64,000 bases of DNA, taken from the sequence record LC667451.1. One strand, given 5' to 3'. Every line of letters starts with the position of its first letter. Position 1 is the first letter of the stretch. The notes under the pieces are model-generated. The model was given only the letters and a program-made list of their open reading frames with translations. It did no database searches and was not told the origin of the DNA. This document shows, in pieces, positions 57,316-64,000 of the stretch. A program made the position numbers and the translations under genes.

Positions 57316-58386
57316 TCAGTAAAAGCCAGCCTTCTTGCCGTAACGGTTGACGGTTTGCTGTTCAGCCACCACCTTGGACAAGACTTCAGCCAGCGGCCAC
57401 GAATCCTTCGCATTCCAGTCCTTCTGCTCCACACCAGCGTCGTGCGCAGCTGTGGCTGCTTCGTCACGCGTCAAATTGCGGAACGGCAGGATGTCAAAGC
57501 AGCGACCTTGCCGCAACAAGGCCGGGTCAATACGGTCGATACTCGGCAGGTTCGTCGAGAAGACGATCTTCTTGCCTTCGTGTTTGACCACGCCTTCCGA
57601 GGCATTCAGAATCGGCGCCATCAGCAAGTTGCCGTCCTCGCGGCTCTTGAGATAGTTGTCGATGTCTTCGTACGCCAGAATGCGTGCGATGCTGCTGCGA
57701 TAGAAGCGACTGATCAGGTTCGGCGACTCGACCACCTTCTTGCTGTACGCCAGATAGGTGTCGTAGTTGCCCGAGACGATCAGCGAACGCAGGAACGTGC
57801 TCTTGCCCACACCCGGCGGCCCAAACAGCACCAGAATCGATTCGCCCGATTCCATATAGGCCTTGAAGTATTCTTCCAGCGGCACATCCAGCCACGGATA
57901 GAACGACTGCTTGGCAATCATCGCGCCTTCGTTAGGCATGTACTTCTGCGAGAACACGATGTCGCCACGATCCGTGAGATCGTAAGCCGTTTGCACCAGC
58001 GTACCGAGCGTGCTGAAGGCTTCATCGATGTACTCGATGATCTTGTCGACTTCCTGGTTGTTGCCATACGCTCGCGCATCGATCGTAGCGTCAGTGATGC
58101 TGAAGAGCACCATTGATTCGACGAAGGTATTGTTATTGTCCTTCAGCCCGACCCATTCGGAACCCGCCTTGAAGGTGTAGTAGCCCTGACCGTCCAAGAA
58201 TTCGATAATCTTGTTGCGGGCTTTCGTGTAGCCTTCAATCGCGCGTGTGCGCGTACGGCGAATCGACGACTTGCCTGCCTTAAGCCGCGTGATTGCGGCG
58301 ATCAGTGTAAGAGCCTGGACGGTATCGCTCGGGCGGACATTGTCCTTGACGAGGGATTCCAGATCGATGTATTCGAATTGTGCCAT
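57316..58386 (-). CDS. AAA+ ATPase (BCS1-like)
   Basis: LFGPPGVGKST, Walker B ILAYEDID, LNASEG, FSTN, IDPALLRQGRCFD. Confidence 0.88.
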   Translation of the reverse strand: MAQFEYIDLESLVKDNVRPSDTVQALTLIAAITRLKAGKSSIRRTRTRAIEGYTKARNKIIEFLDGQGYYTFKAGSEWVGLKDNNNTFVESMVLFSITDATIDARAYGNNQEVDKIIEYIDEAFSTLGTLVQTAYDLTDRGDIVFSQKYMPNEGAMIAKQSFYPWLDVPLEEYFKAYMESGESILVLFGPPGVGKSTFLRSLIVSGNYDTYLAYSKKVVESPNLISRFYRSSIARILAYEDIDNYLKSREDGNLLMAPILNASEGVVKHEGKKIVFSTNLPSIDRIDPALLRQGRCFDILPFRNLTRDEAATAAHDAGVEQKDWNAKDSWPLAEVLSKVVAEQQTVNRYGKKAGFY

Positions 58387-58417
58387 GATTCCACCAGTTG
58401 TAAGAGGGTTGTAAGGT

Positions 58418-58455
58418 CATAGAGCGAAGAGAGGGTAGACACCCATCTCTTCGCT
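58418..58455 (-). terminator. Hairpin + TATG element
   Basis: AGCGAAGAG/CTCTTCGCT arms; TATGACC follows on the minus strand. Confidence 0.55.
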
Positions 58456-58468
58456 TCTAGCCCCGGTT

Positions 58469-60346
58469 TTACTGCTGTGCTGCGTCGCTCACCTTGCACT
58501 GGTACGTCAGGACAGGCACGTTGCTGCCATCCGCCAGGATGATGATGTACGCGTTGTTATCGCCACGCAGAAGGGAGAGGTCCTCTTCCGTGCGCGCGCC
58601 AGTCAAGCTGGCTTCGTAGCTCCATCCAGCGACGTTCAACAGACCGCCTGCGAAGATGAAGTTTTGGGCTGCGTCGAGCGACATCAGATCGAGATTGCTG
58701 AGGTTGCCCTCGTTGCGGAAACGATCCATGACGTGCTTGAGCATGGCCTGATCGCTGCCCGACAGCTTGAACTCGCTGATCTTGGTCGCTTGGTCCAACG
58801 CTTCCTTGAGCTTGCCCATCGACACCGGCTTCGGATGTTTTTCCAGCACACTGTCCGGATCGGCAGGTGTACTGCGCACTTCTTCCCATACCGGTGCGAG
58901 TTCTGCATTCGCGCCTTCGCCGCTGACGAGCTCGCCATTGACGACATCCGAAGAGACGCGGCGCGTATTCAGTGCCAATGCAGGCTGCTTCGGGCTGTCT
59001 TCGGCAATCTTGAGCATCAGGTTGCCTTGATGACCGACGTCGTCCAGCCAGATCGTGAAAAGGATGCCGGGTTCCGAACCATCGCGCTTGTTGAAGTGGG
59101 CTTCCACCGCGACCTTCTTTTCCTTGTTCGGGATGCGGTACATGTAGAACACGACGTCCGGTTCTTCGATTCCATGCAGAATCAGCGCTTGCTTCGGATC
59201 GCCGATTGCTTCGCGGAATGCCAGTGAGTCGTTGTGGTCCGACACGTGATCGACGAACGTGACCAGCGAATCGACTTGCTTGAACGGCACGCGCTTGTCC
59301 GAGTTCAGTTCCAGCAGGATCTGGTCGAACGCATCGAGCATGCGCGACGTGGTCATGCCACCTTGCTGACGCGGCGTGATCGCGATACCACCGTCACCGT
59401 CGGTGAAGATCATTTGCAGCTGCGGGGCACGCTCGCCGAATTCCAGATCGCCGCGATCGAGCAAGATCGTGATGATGCCCGGACCTTCGTGAATCGAGAA
59501 GCGCGGCGTCTTGTCCGTTTGCTTCTTGTGCGTGTTCAGCGCCAGGTGCTTGGACCAGGACGTCAGGTTGTCGTCGATGAACTTCTCGACGTTGATCAGG
59601 TCGGCCGGATCGGCCGTTTCTTGCAGCAGCATGGAGAGGTCGTGACGACCGTAGTACGTGGTCGGTTTCTTGCCGTCCGATTCCTGCTCGGCTGCCGGTG
59701 CTGCTTGTTGTTCGCTCACTTCGGGCTCCTTGTTTTGATCGTTGATGGGAAATGCACTGCATAGAAGCGCTGCCCAGTCAGGACTGATGCGCGCCTCTTC
59801 GTTGTAGAAGTCATCCGAGGTAATACCCATTGCCCCGAAGTCCATCTCGTCGGCCCGAACACGCTTGAAGTGCCCGACATGCATGCGGAAACCAAACGTG
59901 TGGATGATGCCGTTGTTGAACTTGCTCATGTCCAACCCTTCCTGATCGGCAGTCCGGACAATCCAACTCGAAAGCTCCGCCGCTTTCTTTTTGTCCAGGA
60001 CTGGATCGAGAATTGCCGTGAAGGAGACGAACCGCTCACGGATCGACAGCTGATCGTTCCCGTACACATCCTGGAAGCGCACGCGCCACCGAAGACGATT
60101 CATCAGGGAATAATCATAACCCGGCCCTTCCAGGTAGCCGAGTTCGATCAAGTCCATGTGGTGCTTCAGGATCTCGTCGAACGTGTCCCGATCCTTGTCG
60201 AAGTACGCGTAATCGTGCAGCCAATTACGAATGTCTCCGAACATGTTCATGAACACATGGCCATCCATCAACCTGAATTCGACGGGTATGTCGACCGGCG
60301 GGATCAAGACCAACGGCTTGATCTTGTCGTAGTCTTCTGCTTGCAC
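58469..60346 (-). CDS. Hypothetical protein
   Basis: 625 aa, AAGGAG RBS; no known motif. Confidence 0.7.
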   Translation of the reverse strand: MQAEDYDKIKPLVLIPPVDIPVEFRLMDGHVFMNMFGDIRNWLHDYAYFDKDRDTFDEILKHHMDLIELGYLEGPGYDYSLMNRLRWRVRFQDVYGNDQLSIRERFVSFTAILDPVLDKKKAAELSSWIVRTADQEGLDMSKFNNGIIHTFGFRMHVGHFKRVRADEMDFGAMGITSDDFYNEEARISPDWAALLCSAFPINDQNKEPEVSEQQAAPAAEQESDGKKPTTYYGRHDLSMLLQETADPADLINVEKFIDDNLTSWSKHLALNTHKKQTDKTPRFSIHEGPGIITILLDRGDLEFGERAPQLQMIFTDGDGGIAITPRQQGGMTTSRMLDAFDQILLELNSDKRVPFKQVDSLVTFVDHVSDHNDSLAFREAIGDPKQALILHGIEEPDVVFYMYRIPNKEKKVAVEAHFNKRDGSEPGILFTIWLDDVGHQGNLMLKIAEDSPKQPALALNTRRVSSDVVNGELVSGEGANAELAPVWEEVRSTPADPDSVLEKHPKPVSMGKLKEALDQATKISEFKLSGSDQAMLKHVMDRFRNEGNLSNLDLMSLDAAQNFIFAGGLLNVAGWSYEASLTGARTEEDLSLLRGDNNAYIIILADGSNVPVLTYQCKVSDAAQQ

Positions 60347-60358
60347 ACACTCTCCTTG

Positions 60359-60952
60359 TTATTGGGCAAACGCTGTAATTGCGCTGTGACGCTGGAAGTC
60401 ACGGAACGCCACCACAGTGATTCCCTCATCGTTCAACTCCAGGTCGAACGTGAAAGTTGCGGGATGCTTGCGATGCATTGTCTCGAAATAATCGAGATGA
60501 TGGGCGAGCAACTCGTTGCGCTCGTCGTTGAGCGAGATCTGGCGGATCGAGAGCGCCGTCTTCAGTTCGGGCAACGTGAAGCTGGCATTCAGATGCTCGA
60601 TCTTCGCCTGACGCGCTTGCGTCGTCTTACGGATCACAAGACGTTCAAACTTGCAGCCATCGACCTTAGCCCACTTCAGATGGACCGTACCCATTTGCGT
60701 GTTGGGCGTACCGGGTGCCATCACGTAGAGTTCGATCTTGTGGCTGCTGCCTTCGACGCCACCAAAGGCAAAGCGCGGTGTAACAATGCGTTCTTGCGGA
60801 TTGCGTTCTTGATAGGCATTCATCACCTTGTTCACTTCAGCGATGATGTCATTCGCCATTTCTTCGGTGGCATGATCCACCAGATGGGAACGCAGTTCGA
60901 AAGTCCCCACGAACAGCTTTGCACTGATTGCCTTGGTTGCGACGACGCTCAT
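60359..60952 (-). CDS. Hypothetical early protein
   Basis: AAAGG RBS; first gene after the TATATTAC promoter at 61016-61023. Confidence 0.7.
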   Translation of the reverse strand: MSVVATKAISAKLFVGTFELRSHLVDHATEEMANDIIAEVNKVMNAYQERNPQERIVTPRFAFGGVEGSSHKIELYVMAPGTPNTQMGTVHLKWAKVDGCKFERLVIRKTTQARQAKIEHLNASFTLPELKTALSIRQISLNDERNELLAHHLDYFETMHRKHPATFTFDLELNDEGITVVAFRDFQRHSAITAFAQ

Positions 60953-61015
60953 GATAGTTACCTTTATTGTCAGAATTGGTCCACTAGATAAGGTTCTCTT
61001 ATCTAATTCTGACTG

Positions 61016-61023
61016 GTAATATA
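61016..61023 (-). promoter_or_regulatory. phiKZ-type early promoter core TATATTAC
   Basis: Exact motif on the minus strand, intergenic, 64 nt upstream of the 60952 start. Confidence 0.65.
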
Positions 61024-61042
61024 GGTCTCAATCTGGTTTGAA

Positions 61043-61456
61043 TCACGACGAAAGCACGGCTGCCACGATACAGGCGACGAAGCCCAGAAAAATGATCGCG
61101 ATGATGTGGTTATCGTCTTTCGGTGACGGGTCGGTATAACACGACACGGCAGTTTCCGAGGCATTCGCCTGTACTTCACTGGCCACACCGTTGGGACAGA
61201 CGATGTGAGAATTCGATCCGTGTGGAATCACGACGAAAGGATTGGTGCGACGTGGAGCCGATTCGTGATTTCCCGTGCTCTCGCTCTCATGCATGCTCAC
61301 ACTTTCATGTGCCGCACTATGTCCTTCTCCGCCAGCATGGCCTGACGCATGGCCGCCACTGCTGTGTCCACCGCCTCCGCCATGACCACCGCCACCCCAG
61401 GCATACGCGCCTGCGCAAACCATCATGGTCGCTACCGCTACCCCAAGCTTCTTCAT
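61043..61456 (-). CDS. Secreted/membrane-anchored Gly-His-rich small protein
   Basis: MKK signal peptide ending AYA, then GGGGHGGGGGH..., and a C-terminal TM (IIAIIFLGFVACIVAAVL); start 61456 has an AAGG RBS. Confidence 0.7.
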   Translation of the reverse strand: MKKLGVAVATMMVCAGAYAWGGGGHGGGGGHSSGGHASGHAGGEGHSAAHESVSMHESESTGNHESAPRRTNPFVVIPHGSNSHIVCPNGVASEVQANASETAVSCYTDPSPKDDNHIIAIIFLGFVACIVAAVLSS

Positions 61457-61503
61457 TGTTTTGCCTTTATAGTTGCACATCTACAGTATCAGGTGGTTAC
61501 GTC

Positions 61504-61548
61504 AAAAAAAGAAATGAGGGCATAGTGGGGAGGGCCGAAGCCCTCCCC
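61504..61548 (-). terminator. Intrinsic terminator with TATGCC
   Basis: GGGGAGGGC-TTCG-GCCCTCCCC, then ACTATGCCC and T7 on the minus strand. Confidence 0.8.
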
Positions 61549-61701
61549 GACCGCCTCTTGCGAGACTTCCCAGTGCCGATAGGCTGATGAGCCGGGCAGC
61601 CCATGTTACGCGCCTCGAGCAGGTACCGATTCCCGCATCGCCGCTACTGCCTTACTTGCGATTTTTGATGAGGTGATTTGATTACGAAGCGCGGAACCCT
61701 G

Positions 61702-62016
61702 TCATGCGTACTTCTTCAGCAATTTCCAAACCACGAGCCACTTACCCGAGCGATACAGGTAGTAGGCCACAGCAGCGAGCCACAGCCACAGCGGCAATGC
61801 CGTCAGGAAGTACAGGGCGACCACGACCGCGATGATAACGACTTTCGTCGTGATGATCGTCGGGGCGAGACCGAACCTGGCCACGACCTTTTGCATGAAC
61901 TCGGACGCGCTGTCCATGCTCTTGCTCCAGATCACGTACTGCCCTAAGGCATCGCTGAACTGCAACGCCACGAGGGCGATCAGGACGAAGAGTCCCAGGT
62001 GCGCGATGGTCAACAT
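61702..62016 (-). CDS. Small multi-pass membrane protein
   Basis: Three hydrophobic segments; ATG 62016 has an AAAGGA RBS. Confidence 0.7.
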   Translation of the reverse strand: MLTIAHLGLFVLIALVALQFSDALGQYVIWSKSMDSASEFMQKVVARFGLAPTIITTKVVIIAVVVALYFLTALPLWLWLAAVAYYLYRSGKWLVVWKLLKKYA

Positions 62017-62070
62017 GATGTTTCCTTTCAGGAGAGTTGTACAACACAAGATAACTCTCCTGAAGATTCA

Positions 62071-62292
62071 TCAGCTGGCCAACTTGTGACGCTCGAAACC
62101 GACGAAGGTTGCGTGGCCGTTTGCTTCCAGCCACTTGTTCAGTTCGTCCAGTTCTTCGTGCCATTCCTTGGGGATTTCCTTGTCCGCATCGAAGTAGCGG
62201 CTCATGGCTGCCGTGATTTCACGAGCCCGTTCTTCCGCCACGATAAAGCGCGGACGCAGTCCCAACGGCGGCTTCACATTTTCATTTGCCAC
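62071..62292 (-). CDS. Small conserved phage hypothetical protein
   Basis: GTG 62292 with GGAG RBS; KPPLGL.P....R..EI..A..RY.....IP.EW.EEL motif that I recall from many phages. Confidence 0.65.
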   Translation of the reverse strand: MANENVKPPLGLRPRFIVAEERAREITAAMSRYFDADKEIPKEWHEELDELNKWLEANGHATFVGFERHKLAS

Positions 62293-62389
62293 AAACGTCT
62301 CCAAAGAGGTTGATACAGACGACACAGTCGCCCTCGGCGGTGTGCCAGCGAACACACCGACACACCTGACAGTACTTGTGACCCATCGC

Positions 62390-63247
62390 TTACTTGAACG
62401 TGAGGTTGATGAGCTTCACGCCGACGTCTGCGCCACGCGGCGGCATGAAGAACGGGAACTGCGCAGCGATGCCTTCGTCCAGCGCGTTGATGAGCAGACG
62501 CTTGCCGAAGATACCCGTGAGCGATTCCGGAAAGAGCGAATGGAAGAACGTGAACGCATAGTCCTGGCCCTGGAACACGAACTCGCCCTGCACCGTCGAC
62601 GCGCCATTGGCTTTTCCGTAACGTTCGTTGGGGTCGAAGTCCACCGCATACGGCATCGGCACGAAGTTGTGTGTTGCGTGCTGCTTAGCCACCGCATAGA
62701 AGCGCAGGCCGCCGTCGAGCAACAGATCGAAGCGGAAGCGACCTGCCTTCGTGTCCGGACGCTCGAGCGTGATCGAACTACCGTTACGCACATGCCAGCC
62801 GCCATGTACCGGCATCTCCTTCTGATTGGCGACCGCGAGTACCGCGTACGCGTTGTAGCTGCGCAGTTCCGCCTGATCCGGAGTCCACTCGCGACGAACC
62901 GCCGGATTGCTGAGCGTGCTGCGATCGTAGTTCTGCAGGAAGTTCGTCGGGACCAGACGATACGGTGCCGTGCCGTCGTCTTCGATGATGGTTTCCAGTA
63001 CGTCACGCGTCACCGAGTGCAGCAATGTCGGATCGTGCTTGTCCTGGTCGTACGTCGAGTCGTGGATACGCAGGAAGATCGTGCCGCGTTCGTGCGAACC
63101 CATGCTGGCGATTTCGAGACGGTAGTTCGGCAGCTTGGCGGCTTCCGTGATGTCAGCGAGCGGCCCGCACACTTCGATCTTGAAGAGTCCCAGATCGAAC
63201 ATCGGCGTTTCGGGTTGCGACAGGACTTGGTTGATGATCTTTGCCAT
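62390..63247 (-). CDS. Hypothetical protein
   Basis: 285 aa, AAGGA RBS. Confidence 0.7.
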   Translation of the reverse strand: MAKIINQVLSQPETPMFDLGLFKIEVCGPLADITEAAKLPNYRLEIASMGSHERGTIFLRIHDSTYDQDKHDPTLLHSVTRDVLETIIEDDGTAPYRLVPTNFLQNYDRSTLSNPAVRREWTPDQAELRSYNAYAVLAVANQKEMPVHGGWHVRNGSSITLERPDTKAGRFRFDLLLDGGLRFYAVAKQHATHNFVPMPYAVDFDPNERYGKANGASTVQGEFVFQGQDYAFTFFHSLFPESLTGIFGKRLLINALDEGIAAQFPFFMPPRGADVGVKLINLTFK

Positions 63248-63294
63248 GATAGTGGTTTCCTTGTTTCAGTTGTAAGTGAGTTTTACTGCTGGTT

Positions 63295-63999
63295 TTACTT
63301 CGAGATGCCTTCCCAGTCCAGCATGAAGTCATCAGGTCCGACTGCGCCACGCAGGTCGCCCGCATAGCGACGCAGGTGTTCATCGACGATGCGCTGCAGC
63401 GCTGCACCGTCGTAATACGTCGGCAGCTGATCACCCAACACGTTGTGAGAGATCTGGAAACGATACGACGCATCGCGCAGGCGCGTAGTGCCGTACAGGC
63501 GACCTTCCGGGATCTGCTTACCTTCGCCCAGCGGTTCCATCTTGAACGCGAAACCATGGCCCATGTAGCTTTCGATACGGTAACGACGACCCGGTGCCGT
63601 TTCGTAGCATTCGACTTTGCAGTACGGTTTCGAGTCGTCCTTGAAACGACGACGCAGACTATCGATGATCGACTTGGCGTAGCTTTGCGCATCGCTCAGA
63701 TCACGGGTGTGGAAGAGCGCCATCGTGAAGAGACTCAGTTCCTCACGGGCAAACACCAGTCGGCAATCGAGTTGCCTTTCGGCTTGCGTACGCAGCGTAT
63801 CCAGCCAGCTGGCCAAACGATCTTCCATCACGCCCCAGTTGACCGACGGATTAGCGAGCCCATCCGGATAACGCAGCCAGACGTTGATTTCTTCACCCGT
63901 GACCGCATTGCAAAACTTGAAGCCGTAGTCCGGCGCCGACGTAATTTCCGTGAGCGGTTGGAACTCGTAACCGGTACGCGCTTTGCTATAGTCGATCAC
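63295..63999 (-). CDS. Hypothetical protein; 5' end probably beyond the window
   Basis: Open frame reaches the window edge; typical codon usage. Confidence 0.6.
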   Translation of the reverse strand: MIDYSKARTGYEFQPLTEITSAPDYGFKFCNAVTGEEINVWLRYPDGLANPSVNWGVMEDRLASWLDTLRTQAERQLDCRLVFAREELSLFTMALFHTRDLSDAQSYAKSIIDSLRRRFKDDSKPYCKVECYETAPGRRYRIESYMGHGFAFKMEPLGEGKQIPEGRLYGTTRLRDASYRFQISHNVLGDQLPTYYDGAALQRIVDEHLRRYAGDLRGAVGPDDFMLDWEGISK

Positions 64000-64000
64000 A

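Noticed and set aside
61560-61640. GGGAATCGGT...CACTGGGAAG resembling cobalamin riboswitch fragments (minus strand)
   Set aside because: The spacing and the conserved B12-box helices do not fit; kept only as a generic structured-RNA candidate.
61583-61690. CTGATGAG resembling a hammerhead ribozyme core (plus strand)
   Set aside because: There is no stem II followed by GAAA and no matching stems I and III.
1-64000. tRNA, rRNA, tmRNA, CRISPR array, integrase, transposase, intein or group I intron
   Set aside because: I saw no cloverleaf with T-loop and CCA, no regularly spaced repeats, no recombinase motifs, and no interruption in the helicase, RNAP or capsid genes. This was by eye only; tRNAscan or Infernal would be decisive.
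1-64000. Chimallin, PhuZ tubulin, terminase or endolysin
   Set aside because: None was recognised in this window, so nucleus formation is only inferred from family membership and is not claimed.

Overview
This 64-kb window is part of a phiKZ-like (Chimalliviridae-type) jumbo phage genome, moderately GC-rich by eye, with dense coding on both strands. Recognisable core genes are the major capsid protein (37431-39626), a DnaB-like helicase, a non-virion RNA polymerase beta-type subunit, the probable portal, baseplate, spike and tail-fibre genes (one with an S74 chaperone), an SbcC/Rad50 ATPase, RuvC, RNase H, an SF2 helicase, a AAA+ ATPase, two spanin-like gene pairs, and a cluster of head (ejection-type) proteins carrying S/A/G-x-E prohead-protease motifs. 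Accessory blocks at about 26-32 kb and 52-64 kb are mostly hypothetical genes, including paralog arrays. The most unusual observations are: (1) a head-protein paralog flanked by two SMI1/KNR4 (SUKH) immunity domains, possibly a protease-processed, injected counter-defence polyprotein; (2) a free-standing copy of the capsid protein's internal insertion domain in the accessory region; (3) a six-member family of degenerate P-loop modules; (4) a catalytically eroded GIY-YIG domain fused in frame to RNase H; (5) CYTH-like and ADP-ribosyltransferase-like candidates among probable virion proteins; (6) a stereotyped hairpin+TATG(C/A)C gene-end element and two phiKZ-type TATATTAC early promoters. No tRNA, rRNA, CRISPR array, integrase or transposase was seen. 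All assignments come from motif recognition by eye, not database searches.
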